NCBI GenBank assembly: GCA_965222075.1
Contig: OZ244937.1
Coordinates: 256,001-320,000, forward strand
Origin: Candidatus Latescibacterota bacterium
Lineage (GTDB): Bacteria > Latescibacterota > UBA2968 > GCA-2709665
Direction of reading: 5' to 3'
Length of the DNA stretch: 64,000 nt
Shown here one piece after another: positions 21,166 through 32,024 of the stretch. A program made the translations under genes and the position numbers. The notes under the pieces were generated by a model that saw only the letters and a list, made by a program, of their open reading frames with translations, made no database searches and was not told where the DNA came from. Each line of letters begins with the position of its first letter. Within the stretch, counting starts at the first letter, position 1.

Positions 21166-21334
21166 AGGGGCTAATCTTTACCCACACTTTTGTAACCCCC
21201 ACCACCCCGCGTTTCGGCGGCCCCCAATGCCGCCGAGTGGCCTTCGGTGGATCGTTTTGGCATTCTTGTGAAAAATATGGGTAAATTAGGGTAAAATGGT
21301 GAGGGATAAACGAATGACAAGCGGGAGGGCGACG

Positions 21335-22087
21335 ATGGTCGGGAAAAAGGTTCTGGTCACCGGTATGAGCGGACTGATCGGGGGTGCGGTGCGCAGGCAG
21401 TTGGAGGGCAAATTCGACCTGAGCGCGCTGAATCGCAGGGATGTGCCAGGGGTGAGATGCCACCGAGCGAACATTGCGGACCTGGATGCGATTCTGCCCG
21501 CATTTGAGGGGATCGATGCGGTGGTGCACCTGGCGGCGAGCATCCGTGGAGACTGGGAGGAGCTGCTGCGAGACAATGTGGTGGGTACGTACAACGTGTT
21601 TGAGGCGTCTCGGCAGGCAGGGGCGAAGCGAATCGTCTATGCCAGCACCGGGGGGGTCGTGGCGGGTTGGGAACGGGAGATGCCCTACCGGGCGCTGGTC
21701 GAGGAGCGCTACGAGGAGGCGCCGGAGACCTGGGAGCGGTTGAACCACACGTCGCCGATTCGGCCGAGGAGGCTTTACGGGTGCACCAAGGTGTGGGGGG
21801 AGGCGCTGGCCCGGCACTTTGTGGACGAGTATGACCTGTCGATTCTCTGCCTGCGGATCGGGTCGGTTACCGCCAAGGACCGCCCGTTCCAGCCCCGCCA
21901 CTTTTCAACCTGGTGCAGCCGGGGCGACGTGGCCCGGATGGTGGAGCGGTGTCTCGCTGCGCCTGAGGACCTTCGATTCGATATTTTCTACGTGGGTTCA
22001 AACAATCGGTGGAGCTATTACGACCTGGAGCACGCCAGCGAGGTGCTGGGGTTTGTGCCGCAGGATGCGGCGGAAGATTATCGATGA
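21335..22087 (+). CDS. NAD-dependent epimerase/dehydrogenase (uronate-dehydrogenase-like SDR)
   Basis: VTGMSGLIG, HLAA, YGCTK, CLRIG. Confidence 0.85.
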   Translation: MVGKKVLVTGMSGLIGGAVRRQLEGKFDLSALNRRDVPGVRCHRANIADLDAILPAFEGIDAVVHLAASIRGDWEELLRDNVVGTYNVFEASRQAGAKRIVYASTGGVVAGWEREMPYRALVEERYEEAPETWERLNHTSPIRPRRLYGCTKVWGEALARHFVDEYDLSILCLRIGSVTAKDRPFQPRHFSTWCSRGDVARMVERCLAAPEDLRFDIFYVGSNNRWSYYDLEHASEVLGFVPQDAAEDYR

Positions 22088-22251
22088 GACAGGTAGAATT
22101 CTACCTGTCTCATCGTTGATGCCCCGAAGAGCGTATACAGGAGGCCGGCCGATAGATACATGTTGCCCTTATTGTTGGCGGCGGAATGAGGAGCGCCCGG
22201 TCCACCTGGAGGAATTCATCATAGGCGACCAGAACGGTTAGGGAGAATATA

Positions 22252-24492
22252 ATGTCAAAGTCAAAACCGGAGCGCGTCAGCATTACGATCCAACCGGCGC
22301 CGGGCGACGAGCCGGATACGTTCGAGGTCGTTTTTCGAGGCGCCGATGGGTCTGAAGCACGCGGGCACGATCTCAGTTTGACCGCAGCGAAGGTGGGGAC
22401 GTGGGAGATCACCGCCACCGCAGCCGATCCGGTGCCCGCCGGCGGGGGGTTCCTGTTTCAGCGGCATACGTTTCTGTTCTCCCATCGCATCCAGGACTAC
22501 AACCCGCAGGGCCGCGACTTTGTGACGCTGGAGGCCCGGACCGACGCCAGGCTGCGCCTGATTGTCAATTCGGCCAGGCAGTCGCACCAGCCGGGTTTCG
22601 CGCAGGTGCTGGTGGAGGAGGGGGAGATGGCGTCTGGAGACACGTTCACGATCCGGGTGGGGGACCGCCGGCAGGGGGGCGCCGGCAGCGAGGTCTACGA
22701 TGCGACGACGCTGGGCCGGATTTTGGGTGCGGTGGACCGGGATGGGAGCGGGACGTATCGGGAGCTGGCGTGCAATCCGGCCAGGGTGCTGATTGTGTCG
22801 GACCCCCGGGTGTCTCTGTTGCGGGTGCTGGGTCCGTCATTTACGGAGGTTGGGGAGGGGTTTGATGTGCACGTGAACCTGTTCGATGCGCATCACAACG
22901 TGTGCGAACAGTATGAGGGGGAGGTGGTGTTTTCGCCTGTGCAGGGGGTGGAGGGGGTGCCGTCTTCGGTGAGGGTTGGTGGTGAAGACAGAGGGGTTGT
23001 GGTTGTGGAAGGGGTGCGGATTGTGGAGCCGGGGGTCTACCGTCTTCAGGCGTCCGAAAGGGCGTTCGGTCAGAAGGCGCTGAGCAATCCCATCGTCTGT
23101 GAGAGAACGCTCAGGCAGCGGCTGCTGTGGGGAAACCTGCACTGCCACGGTTGGGGCGATATTAACATGGCGCTTCTGGACGATGCGAATTTCAAGCTGC
23201 ATCCGGCCAGCCGGCACGAGCAGCTAAGGCGGATCGGCCGGATGGATTTCGGGGCGCCGGGACCCGCGGTTCCCCCGGATCAGGAGGACCGGCCGGAGCT
23301 GTGGCAGGCCTACCAGCAGGCGTACCGGGACAACGACGAGCCGGGCCGGTACGTGCCGTTCCTGGCATCGGAGGTGCATCCGAGACCGGGGGGCGATCGG
23401 AATGTGATTTTCCGCGAGTGGTCGGATAGCTACCATTCCACGTTCTGTTATATGGACGAGGTGATGGCCGAGTATGCGGACCGGGAGGATGTGATCCTGG
23501 AGGCGCACGTGGGGGGTGGGCCGCCCGACTGGGGCAGGTATCCCACCCAACACGAGCCCCTGCTGGAGGTGGCCAGCGGCCACGGGAGCTTCGAGTGGGT
23601 GCTGCAGCGGGCGCTGGAATGCGGATACCGGCCTGCGGTCATCGGGTCTGAAGACACCCATCTGTGTGCGATGGGCGCACCGATGGCCGCACACTGTTTT
23701 TTTGGAAGGTTCATGCAGGATCTGAATATGCGGGATACGGGGTTTGGGAGCGGACCCGCCGCAGCGGTGTGGGCAGAAGCGTGCGAACGGCACGCGATCT
23801 GGCGGGCAATCCGGCAGCGGCAGACCTACGCCACCACCGGGGCCCGCATCGTTTTGAAGGTGGCGGTCAACGGCCATCCTGCGGGCAGCGAAGTGGAGGT
23901 TATGGCCCCTGCGCAGGTGCAGGTTGCCGCCCACGCGTGCACGCCCGTGGAACGGGTGGATTTGATTCGCAACGACCACTGTCTGAAGTCCTGGTATCCC
24001 GGTGAGCTGGATATCGACCTCAGCTATGTGGACGAGCGTCCGCTGGTTGAGGGGGCCTACTACGTGCGTCTGCGCCAGAGGGATGGGGAGTACGCCTGGA
24101 GCACGCCGGTATGGGCAAGGTGCCCGGGGGGTGTCCGGGTGTCCGATGAAGCCCTGCCGCTGTGGAACGCGCACGAGGCGGTGGATCTTTCGGGGTTGCG
24201 TCCCAACGAAGCGGAGGCCTATGAGGGGGCGCTGCGCCGGTATCTGGAGGTGGAGGAGGATGTCGAGGCGTTTTACGAGCTGACGCCTGTGGGGGTGGTT
24301 GCGGAGGTGACGGGGCGGTCTGCGCTGTTTTACGGGTTTTACGGGCCGGACCGTGATCCGATCAGTATCCGGTGGTATTTCGAGTTCGAGATGCCCAGGA
24401 TCCACCTGGACTGGGGCTGGCGGGACTTCGGCACGCGGCCCACCCCTCTGAGTGTTGAAAGAGGCTACCTGGAGGATCGGAGGAAAAGGTAG
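22252..24492 (+). CDS. DUF3604/PHP-like metallohydrolase
   Basis: WGNLHCH, EVASGHG, GSEDTH, YATTGARI, YYVRLRQ..AWSTP. Confidence 0.75.
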   Translation: MSKSKPERVSITIQPAPGDEPDTFEVVFRGADGSEARGHDLSLTAAKVGTWEITATAADPVPAGGGFLFQRHTFLFSHRIQDYNPQGRDFVTLEARTDARLRLIVNSARQSHQPGFAQVLVEEGEMASGDTFTIRVGDRRQGGAGSEVYDATTLGRILGAVDRDGSGTYRELACNPARVLIVSDPRVSLLRVLGPSFTEVGEGFDVHVNLFDAHHNVCEQYEGEVVFSPVQGVEGVPSSVRVGGEDRGVVVVEGVRIVEPGVYRLQASERAFGQKALSNPIVCERTLRQRLLWGNLHCHGWGDINMALLDDANFKLHPASRHEQLRRIGRMDFGAPGPAVPPDQEDRPELWQAYQQAYRDNDEPGRYVPFLASEVHPRPGGDRNVIFREWSDSYHSTFCYMDEVMAEYADREDVILEAHVGGGPPDWGRYPTQHEPLLEVASGHGSFEWVLQRALECGYRPAVIGSEDTHLCAMGAPMAAHCFFGRFMQDLNMRDTGFGSGPAAAVWAEACERHAIWRAIRQRQTYATTGARIVLKVAVNGHPAGSEVEVMAPAQVQVAAHACTPVERVDLIRNDHCLKSWYPGELDIDLSYVDERPLVEGAYYVRLRQRDGEYAWSTPVWARCPGGVRVSDEALPLWNAHEAVDLSGLRPNEAEAYEGALRRYLEVEEDVEAFYELTPVGVVAEVTGRSALFYGFYGPDRDPISIRWYFEFEMPRIHLDWGWRDFGTRPTPLSVERGYLEDRRKR

Positions 24493-24653
24493 ATGTGGAA
24501 CTGGGAAATGCTTCACCTCTTTGCCGGGCTGGACCTTGCCAGCGGGGCCGGTGAGGATGGACCGACGGTGGGCTTTAACGATCTGTGGCGCGGTTCCGCC
24601 TCCGATGAGGGAGTGGTGAACAGGCGGTAGCGCCAACACGAAGGGAGGCATCG

Positions 24654-25874
24654 ATGGACGAGATAAAGATTGGGGTTGCCGGACTGGGCCACCGCGGGCT
24701 GCACTGGATCCGGCTGCTGCAGAACGTGCCGGGCTATCGCATCACGGCGATCTATGACTGGATCGAGCCGTTGCAGGAGCGGGCGCTGGCGGAGATTTCT
24801 TACCGGGACGACGTGAAGGTGTTTGGCAATTACTACGACTTTCTGGGGTACGAGGGGATGGATGCGGTGGGGCTGGTGGTGCGGCAGCTGGAGCAGGGGA
24901 CGATGGCGGCGGAGGCGCTGGAGGCGGGCAAGCACGTGAATTCCGAGGTGCCGGGGGCGTATACGATGGCGGAGTGCTGGCGGATTGTGACGGGTGTGGA
25001 GCGGACGGGGCTGGTCTACAGTCTGGCGGAGCAGACGCGGTTCTGGGGGTTCGTGGACGGGTGGAAGCGTCTGGTGGACGACGGGTTGCTGGGCAAGATT
25101 ACTTATGCCGAAGGGCAGTACCTGGGCTATTACGGCACGAACCAGTGGTTCCAGGATTTCAAGACGGGGAAGCAGTATCCGGTGGAGGCGCTACCCGACC
25201 ACCCGGAGGCGGAACCCGCGGTCCCTCAGTTTTTGCCCTATATTATCTCCGCTTCGTACGATCTGAGCATTCTGTTGAAGATTTTAGACGACCGGGTGAC
25301 CGAGGTGACGGCGATGAGCACGAAGCCCCCGAGTTATACGACACCGCAGATGCTCAACGCCGATATCCAGGTGGCGCTGATGAAGACGGAGCAGGATACG
25401 CTGATCCGGATGCTGAACGGGTTCAACCAGCCACGTCCGCACGGCGACCACCACTGGTGGCAGATGATCGGGACGAAGGGGAGCGTTGAATGGCGGCGGT
25501 CGGGAAAAGAGAAGCCGAAGGTGTGGTTTGAGGACACACAGATGAATGACTGGTCGGAGGTGGACTGGCAATACCAGCGGACCGATGCGCCCCCGGAGGC
25601 CCGGGGGAGCGGCCACGGCGATGCAGACTATTATGTACACATGTATTTCCGGGATGCGATTCTGAAGGGCGAGCCGCTGGCGTTCGACGTGTACAGGGTG
25701 ATGGATTCGATGGCGCCGGCGGTGCTGGCGCTGGATTCGATCGAGGAGGGGAGCAGGCTTGTGCAGGTTCCGGATTTCCGACCGGGTGCGGATCGGCCCC
25801 CGGGGCAGATGCCGGCGGACCTGGGCGGAGTCGGAGGACGCGTTCACGAGACGAAAATGCCGGGGAGGCGTTAG
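24654..25874 (+). CDS. Gfo/Idh/MocA oxidoreductase
   Basis: GLGHRG, AGKHVNSEVP, SGHGDAD. Confidence 0.85.
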   Translation: MDEIKIGVAGLGHRGLHWIRLLQNVPGYRITAIYDWIEPLQERALAEISYRDDVKVFGNYYDFLGYEGMDAVGLVVRQLEQGTMAAEALEAGKHVNSEVPGAYTMAECWRIVTGVERTGLVYSLAEQTRFWGFVDGWKRLVDDGLLGKITYAEGQYLGYYGTNQWFQDFKTGKQYPVEALPDHPEAEPAVPQFLPYIISASYDLSILLKILDDRVTEVTAMSTKPPSYTTPQMLNADIQVALMKTEQDTLIRMLNGFNQPRPHGDHHWWQMIGTKGSVEWRRSGKEKPKVWFEDTQMNDWSEVDWQYQRTDAPPEARGSGHGDADYYVHMYFRDAILKGEPLAFDVYRVMDSMAPAVLALDSIEEGSRLVQVPDFRPGADRPPGQMPADLGGVGGRVHETKMPGRR

Positions 25875-25904
25875 AAGCTGTTTGGAAAATAACCTTTCTT
25901 TTGC

Positions 25905-25944
25905 TTTCGGCCTTTTTCTTGTTCGCCCAAGAAAAAGGCCGAAA
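25905..25944. repeat. perfect 17-bp inverted repeat within a structured intergenic element
   Basis: TTTCGGCCTTTTTCTTG-ttcgcc-CAAGAAAAAGGCCGAAA. Confidence 0.85.
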
Positions 25945-26307
25945 AAGAAGGGCGCCGCTCAGACGCCGCGGGGGCTGCTTTTCCGCGAATTGCCCCTGTG
26001 GTGTAAGCGGGCGCTTCTGCCCTGCGGACCTTTGGGGCGTTTCTGGGCGATGGTGCTGGACGGAACCGCGCGGAAAAGCCCCTTCCCCTCACACCAAACC
26101 GGGGGAGTCGGCAGCCTGGGGCGCCAGCCCGCAGTGGTGCGGCAAATGCGGTGGGGGGATCGCAGAGGCGAGACGCGAGGGACCGCGACAAACCCCTTCC
26201 ACCCAGAGCGGGCGCATGACGGGTATAGGGGCGGTTCGCGAACCGCCCTTGCTTCCCCCCGCAGCGAAGGCGGGGGAGGCGCGTAGCGCCGATGGGAGAA
26301 GACAGGT

Positions 26308-27654
26308 ATGAAGCGGGTAGATATTGCAATCGTACGCCTGGTGTTGTGCCTGGGGATGCTTGGCGCAATTGTCTGCACTCTGGCCAATGCCGCCCGGGCC
26401 CAGGTTGCTCCGGAGATTTTAGGGCTGAGTCCCAATATCAAAGGATTGGGCGCCGATGCCGCGGCGAGATGGCGGGTAATCGACCTGGGGAAGTCCAGAG
26501 GCGGCCCGCTTGCCGGCACCAATTCCTACGGCATCCACGCGGCCGACTTTGACAGGGACGACGATCTCGACCTGGTGGTTGCCTTTCAGGGGGGCGGGGA
26601 GAAGGTGCCGGGCGAGGACAGGGAATATGGCATGGTCTACTGGCTGGAAAACGTGGCTGTTCGGCCGGATTCGGGGGTGGTGTTTCGGATTCACCTGCTG
26701 GACGACCGACAGGTCACGCCGAAGGACGCCGTTGTGCTTGATCCCACGGCCGATGGGAGGAGGGCGGTGGTCATTCCATGCTATCTGTCGGGTGAGACGG
26801 TTCTTTACGAGACCTCCGACGGCAGGGAATGGCAGAAGGTCAGGCTCCGGTCGGAGGGGCTGGAGCTTCCGGTAAGGGCCGTGGTTGCGGATGTTGACGG
26901 AGATAAGAGAGACGATATCGTGGTCACCTCTATTTCGGAATCCGGCGACAAAGTGGGATGGTTCCGTCAAAGGACGGACGGATCACGGTCGTGGGAAGCG
27001 GTGCCGATTCGTCTGGAGTTGCCCCCCCTCATCGGCGTGGACGCGGGGGACGTGGACCGGGACGGGGATATGGACCTTGTTTGCGCCTCGGAGCACGCGC
27101 CCAGGCCCTTTTTGCTGATCAATGTCGATGGGAAGGGGGTTGAATGGGCGCACGCATCCATCCGCGTGGAATCGCCCGATTCGGTGCGCACATGGGTCGC
27201 CCGCTTTTCCGACAAACCCGTCTCCCAGGTCCACGTGCGATTTGTGGACCTGGACGAGGATGGCGACCTGGATTGTGTTGAGACGAGTCTGAGAAATGGG
27301 TATTTGGCCTGGCGAGAGCAGGTCGCGCCTGCGAAGCAATGGAAGTTTCATACGGTCGCGGGTGGGTTGGGGCATGCCTATTCCTTCGATATTGGGGATG
27401 TGGACCGGGATGGCCGGGTGGATCTCGTGGCGCCTTCCGACGGTGGGGACGGGGTCTACGTGTTCCGGAATGTTCGGGGGGACGGGACTGTGTGGGAGGC
27501 GACTCGCCTGGGCGACGGCGCGGGTCTGAACTGGCCGAATATCGTCCGCCTGGCAGATTTCAACGGGGACGGTTACGGCGACATTATGTCCACGGATTGG
27601 GGGACCAGGGCGGTCGTCTGGATCAATCCGTTCGTACCCGCGGCCGGCGACTGA
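26308..27654 (+). CDS. secreted FG-GAP/VCBS repeat protein
   Basis: Signal-like N-terminus; repeated D-x-D-x-D-G-D-x-D motifs. Confidence 0.85.
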   Translation: MKRVDIAIVRLVLCLGMLGAIVCTLANAARAQVAPEILGLSPNIKGLGADAAARWRVIDLGKSRGGPLAGTNSYGIHAADFDRDDDLDLVVAFQGGGEKVPGEDREYGMVYWLENVAVRPDSGVVFRIHLLDDRQVTPKDAVVLDPTADGRRAVVIPCYLSGETVLYETSDGREWQKVRLRSEGLELPVRAVVADVDGDKRDDIVVTSISESGDKVGWFRQRTDGSRSWEAVPIRLELPPLIGVDAGDVDRDGDMDLVCASEHAPRPFLLINVDGKGVEWAHASIRVESPDSVRTWVARFSDKPVSQVHVRFVDLDEDGDLDCVETSLRNGYLAWREQVAPAKQWKFHTVAGGLGHAYSFDIGDVDRDGRVDLVAPSDGGDGVYVFRNVRGDGTVWEATRLGDGAGLNWPNIVRLADFNGDGYGDIMSTDWGTRAVVWINPFVPAAGD

Positions 27655-29648
27655 TGCGACTCCGGCCTGAAAGAATCGTTGTGAGTGGCGCGTCGGGGGT
27701 GACGCTCCGGGCGATCGTGTTCGGGCTCTGCATTGCGGTGGCGATGAGCCTGCTGGCCAATACGGCCCGTTATATTCAGAAGGGGTCGTATATGATGGTC
27801 GCACAGGTGCCGATGGGGGTGCTCCTCCTGTGCCTGCTGTCGATCCTGGTCTGCGCTGCGCTGGCCCGGGGGTTCGGACGCCGGTTTGTGCTGTCCCGGT
27901 CGGAGTGGATTACGGTTTTCTGCATGGGGATCATCAGCGCGATCGGTCCCAACTACGGGATCAGCGGCTACCTGGTGGGTATGATGGTGTCGCCGTATTA
28001 TTTCGCGACGCCGGAGAACCAGTGGGCCGAGTACCTCCACCCGTACTTGCCCGGGTGGCTGATTCCCACGAACGACAGCAGGGCAATGACCTGGTTCTAC
28101 GAGGGGCTTCCAAGGGGTGCGTCGATTCCGTGGGACGTCTGGGGACTGCCGCTGGTCTGGTGGTTCTCTTTTGTTTTTGTGCTGGGATTCGCCTGTGTCT
28201 GTCTCTCGGTTCTCCTGCACCGGCAGTGGGCGGACCACGAGAAGCTGGTTTATCCGGCGCTGACACCGATTCTGGAGATGACGGCGGGGTCGGGGTCGGG
28301 GAAGAGGTGGCTGCCTGAGTTCATGCAGGGGAAGGCGTTCTGGGCGGGGTTTGCGGTGACGTCGGTTGTCTTCTGGTGGAATATGATCGCCTGGTTCTAT
28401 CCGATGGTTCCGACCTTTCCGACGGCGACCGGGCGCTTTATCTGGGATCTTTTGCCGAAGCAGTATCCCCCCTTTTTTATCTTCCTGAGCACGCCGGTCA
28501 TCTGTTTTTCCTATTTTGCCAGCCTGGATGTTCTTTTCAGTATCTGGTTTTTCGACTTCGTGTACATGATCGAAGCGGGCGCACTGAACCGGATCGGGAT
28601 CGTGGCCACTTCTCCCCATTACGGAGCGGGACCCTACACGGAGACGACCTACAAGTGGCAGACGGCCGGGGCTTTTGTCACCCTGGTTCTCTGGTGGCTC
28701 TGGATTTCCCGGGGGCACCTCCGCGAGGTCTTTCGGAAGGCGTTTCAGCCGGACCGCTCTTGGGCGGACGACGGCCGGGAACTGCTTTCCTACCGGGTGG
28801 CGGTGATCGGCCTGATTGCCAGTTGTGTGTACATTGCGGCCTGGCTTGGGCAGGTGGGGGTGGAAGTCAAGATGGTCGTGCTGTTGATTCCGACCATGTT
28901 TATTGCCTATCTGTTCGTGGCAAAGGTTGTGGCCGATTCGGGGATTATCTATATTCAGCCGCCTGCCTCGGCCTGGGAGCTTTCCCAGGCTCTGCTGGGG
29001 GGGACGGATCGTCTGAACGCCTCTTCGCGCGCGACGTTCGGTCTGCTGTCGTTCACGGTGGGCCATCCGAGGAGTTTTATTCTGCCGCTGATCGCCCAGA
29101 TCAATCGTCTGGGCGATTTTGTCGGGAGGGACAAGCGCCGGCTTTTCTGGGGGGTTTGGGGGGCGTTTGTTGTGGGGGTGGTGACCTCCACGTTTTACAC
29201 GATCTGGCTGGGCTACAGGATGGGGGCGTACAATTTTCAGCCCAACTGGTTGATTATCCGGGAGGGAGAATGGCAGTACGGGGTGACCGTCAATGAGATC
29301 CTGAACCCGGGCCGGATGGAGGCGATGGACTACTGGTTTTTACTGATCGGGGCCGGGGCGATGGTGATTGTGAATCTGATGCGCTACCGGTTCGCCTGGT
29401 GGCCGTTTCATCCGATTGGGTTCGCCCTCTCCGGCCTCCCGGCGGCGCGACGGATGGGCTCTACCATCCTGGTGGCGTGGCTGGTCAAGCTGGTGATGCT
29501 CAAGGTCGGCGGGGTGTCGTTCTACCGGCGGTCGATGCCGTTTTTCATCGGTATGCTGATCGGCTACACCCTGGCCGTGATGGCAGGGATGGCGGTAGAC
29601 GCGATCTGGTTTCCGGAACGGGGACACGTGGTGCACAAGTGGTATTGA
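27654..29648 (+). CDS. DUF6785/DUF6784-like polytopic membrane protein (putative transporter)
   Basis: Many TM helices; QWADHEKLVYP and WWPFHPIG motifs; TGATG coupling with the upstream gene. Confidence 0.75.
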   Translation: MRLRPERIVVSGASGVTLRAIVFGLCIAVAMSLLANTARYIQKGSYMMVAQVPMGVLLLCLLSILVCAALARGFGRRFVLSRSEWITVFCMGIISAIGPNYGISGYLVGMMVSPYYFATPENQWAEYLHPYLPGWLIPTNDSRAMTWFYEGLPRGASIPWDVWGLPLVWWFSFVFVLGFACVCLSVLLHRQWADHEKLVYPALTPILEMTAGSGSGKRWLPEFMQGKAFWAGFAVTSVVFWWNMIAWFYPMVPTFPTATGRFIWDLLPKQYPPFFIFLSTPVICFSYFASLDVLFSIWFFDFVYMIEAGALNRIGIVATSPHYGAGPYTETTYKWQTAGAFVTLVLWWLWISRGHLREVFRKAFQPDRSWADDGRELLSYRVAVIGLIASCVYIAAWLGQVGVEVKMVVLLIPTMFIAYLFVAKVVADSGIIYIQPPASAWELSQALLGGTDRLNASSRATFGLLSFTVGHPRSFILPLIAQINRLGDFVGRDKRRLFWGVWGAFVVGVVTSTFYTIWLGYRMGAYNFQPNWLIIREGEWQYGVTVNEILNPGRMEAMDYWFLLIGAGAMVIVNLMRYRFAWWPFHPIGFALSGLPAARRMGSTILVAWLVKLVMLKVGGVSFYRRSMPFFIGMLIGYTLAVMAGMAVDAIWFPERGHVVHKWY

Positions 29649-29792
29649 TGCACGGCCGGTTGGGTTGCTTTGTGCTTGACATCTGGAGGATTTGGGTTGT
29701 AGATTGTCGAGTGCATCTTGAAAGGCATTTTTTCAAATGAATTAAGATAAACGGACGACCAGGCTGCGGAGCAAGTGAAAGGGGAAGCGAAG

Positions 29793-30944
29793 ATGGAAAT
29801 CCGAGAGGTGCCCTTTATCTCGATGGGCGGGGTCTACGAGCAGGACGATGTTGAGGCGGTAAACCGGATGATGGCTGCGGTTGCGGAGGAGGGGGGGACG
29901 TTCTTTCCGCTGCCTGAGGAGAACGATTTTCAGAATGTCTTTGCCGAGCACGAGGGGGCCAGAAAGGCGATTGCGGTCAATTCCTGCGGCACGGGGCTGG
30001 ATTGCTGTATGATGGCGCTGGGCATCGGGGAGGGGGACGAGGTGATTACGACGCCCCTGACTTTTGTTTGTACGGCCGGGACCGCTATTGCCCAGGGCGC
30101 CAGGGTCGTTCTTGCCGATATCGATCCGGTGAGTCTGAATTTAGATCCGGACAGGGTGAGAGAAAAGATTACACCTCATACCCGGGCGGTTGTTCCGGTG
30201 CACTTTGCCGGTCTGGCGTGCGATGTGAACGCGTTCGACCGGATTACGGAGGAGACCGGGGTGCCGATGATTTACGATGCGGCGCATGCGGTGGGGACCA
30301 AACACCAGGGCCGGCCGGTTGGCGGGCGGGGAAAGGCTTCGTGTTACAGTTTTCAGAGCAATAAGAATATGACGTGTCTGGGCGAGGGGGGAGCGGTGAC
30401 GACGGACGACGAGGCGTTTGCCGAGCAGGTCCGGCAGCTCAAGACGTTCGGGTACGTTTACGGGGGACAGGGGACACGGGTGGTGCGGGTGGGGTTCAAC
30501 TACCGGATGACCAAGGCGCAGTACGCGGTTGGTCTCACACAGCTGGCCAAGATCGACAGCGTGATTCAGGTCCGGCAGGAACGGATGGTCCGGCTCAACG
30601 CGCTGCTGGCCGGTGTGGAGGAGATTATTCTGCCCGCGGGCCACGGCCCGGACCATGGGAGCCATTTGCACGTGGTCCGGCTGGATACCGACAGGGTGGG
30701 GTTTTCGACGGAGGCGTTCGTCGCCCATCTGAAGGATCAGTACAAGGTGGGCACGGCGAAGCATTATCCGCCGGTGTGGTCCTGGGAGGCGCTTCAGGAG
30801 CTGGGATATAACGGCGAGGGCTGCCCGATTGCGGCGAAGGTGTGTGAGCAGGTGGTGAGTACGCCGGTGTTTCCGGGGACGACCGAGGAGGATCTGGTCT
30901 ATCTTGCGTGGGCGATCAAGCAGACAATTTCGGACCTGGGTTAG
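29793..30944 (+). CDS. DegT/DnrJ/EryC1/StrS PLP aminotransferase
   Basis: VNSCGT, GDEVIT, DAAHA, SFQSNKNMTCLGEGG. Confidence 0.92.
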   Translation: MEIREVPFISMGGVYEQDDVEAVNRMMAAVAEEGGTFFPLPEENDFQNVFAEHEGARKAIAVNSCGTGLDCCMMALGIGEGDEVITTPLTFVCTAGTAIAQGARVVLADIDPVSLNLDPDRVREKITPHTRAVVPVHFAGLACDVNAFDRITEETGVPMIYDAAHAVGTKHQGRPVGGRGKASCYSFQSNKNMTCLGEGGAVTTDDEAFAEQVRQLKTFGYVYGGQGTRVVRVGFNYRMTKAQYAVGLTQLAKIDSVIQVRQERMVRLNALLAGVEEIILPAGHGPDHGSHLHVVRLDTDRVGFSTEAFVAHLKDQYKVGTAKHYPPVWSWEALQELGYNGEGCPIAAKVCEQVVSTPVFPGTTEEDLVYLAWAIKQTISDLG

Positions 30945-31006
30945 CGTGAAAGCACCATGAAAACGCCACGGAACCCACAGGGGGGCCTTCATTGACAGGA
31001 GGAGAG

Positions 31007-32002
31007 ATGGACAATGTGAGATGGCTGCTGGTGGGCGCGGGAGATATTGCACGCAAGCGGGTGGCTGCGGCCCTGGCGGGGGCGGCGGATTCGGAGATTG
31101 TGGCGGTTTGTGATATGGTTGAGGAGAATGCCGAAGCGCTGGCATCCGAATACGGGCTGTCGGAGGTTTTCAGGGATCTGGACGAGGCGCTGGAGAAGAC
31201 ATCGGCGGATGCGGTTTACGTGGCAACGCCGGTGTGGCTGCACGTTCAACATGCGGTTCAGGCCCTGGAAGCGGATAAGCATGTGCTGGTGGAAAAGCCC
31301 TTAGGGGTGACGGGCGAGGAATGTACGCGAGCCATCGCCGCGGCCGAGCAAAGCAAGAGGCGGGCCGGATGTTCCTACTTTCGTCGGTTCTTTCCCGCCT
31401 ATCACCAGGCGCGGGAGATGATCGAGAAGGGCGAGTTTGGGCAGATCGTCCTGGTGCGCATGGTCTATTTTTCCTGGTTCAGCCCAACAGAGGACGATCC
31501 CAAACGCTGGCGTGTTTTTCGTGAGAGGTCGGGGGGGGGACCCATCAGCGATATGGGCACGCATATGTTCGATGTGATGATTGGGCTGCTGGGGATGCCG
31601 GTGTCGGTGTACGCCAGATGTGAGAACCTGGTGCAGAAGTGGGATGTGGAGGACTGCGCGGGCATTGTGATGACGCTGCGGAACGGCGCGCTGGTCACGG
31701 CGTCGTTCAGCTGGAGTTCCAAAACGTGGCGACACGAGTTCGAGATTGTGGGGACCGAGGCCAAGGTGTACTGGCATCCTTACGATTCCGGAGAGGTGGT
31801 CAAGACGGTCGGCCGGCAGGTCGATACGCTGGATCTGACGCCTGCCGAGAACGTGCACGAGCCGATCGTCCAGGATTTTGTGCAGGCGGTCCGGGAGGGC
31901 CGGCAGCCGGTCTGCCCGCTTGCCGAGGCGGCCAAGACCAATGTGCTGCTGGATGCGATCTATCAATCGGCGGCGGAGAATCGGGAGGTAGAGCTAAGCT
32001 GA
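31007..32002 (+). CDS. Gfo/Idh/MocA oxidoreductase
   Basis: GAGDIA, HVLVEKP, GGGPISDMGTH. Confidence 0.9.
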   Translation: MDNVRWLLVGAGDIARKRVAAALAGAADSEIVAVCDMVEENAEALASEYGLSEVFRDLDEALEKTSADAVYVATPVWLHVQHAVQALEADKHVLVEKPLGVTGEECTRAIAAAEQSKRRAGCSYFRRFFPAYHQAREMIEKGEFGQIVLVRMVYFSWFSPTEDDPKRWRVFRERSGGGPISDMGTHMFDVMIGLLGMPVSVYARCENLVQKWDVEDCAGIVMTLRNGALVTASFSWSSKTWRHEFEIVGTEAKVYWHPYDSGEVVKTVGRQVDTLDLTPAENVHEPIVQDFVQAVREGRQPVCPLAEAAKTNVLLDAIYQSAAENREVELS

Positions 32003-32024
32003 CGACCACCTCAGAGAGGGTCCC

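Noticed and set aside
221-21621. Isolated CAGGCAGG/CCTGCCTG octamers at about 222, 14927 and 21614
   Set aside because: No partner arm at element distance; for the first, the paralogous protein shows no insertion
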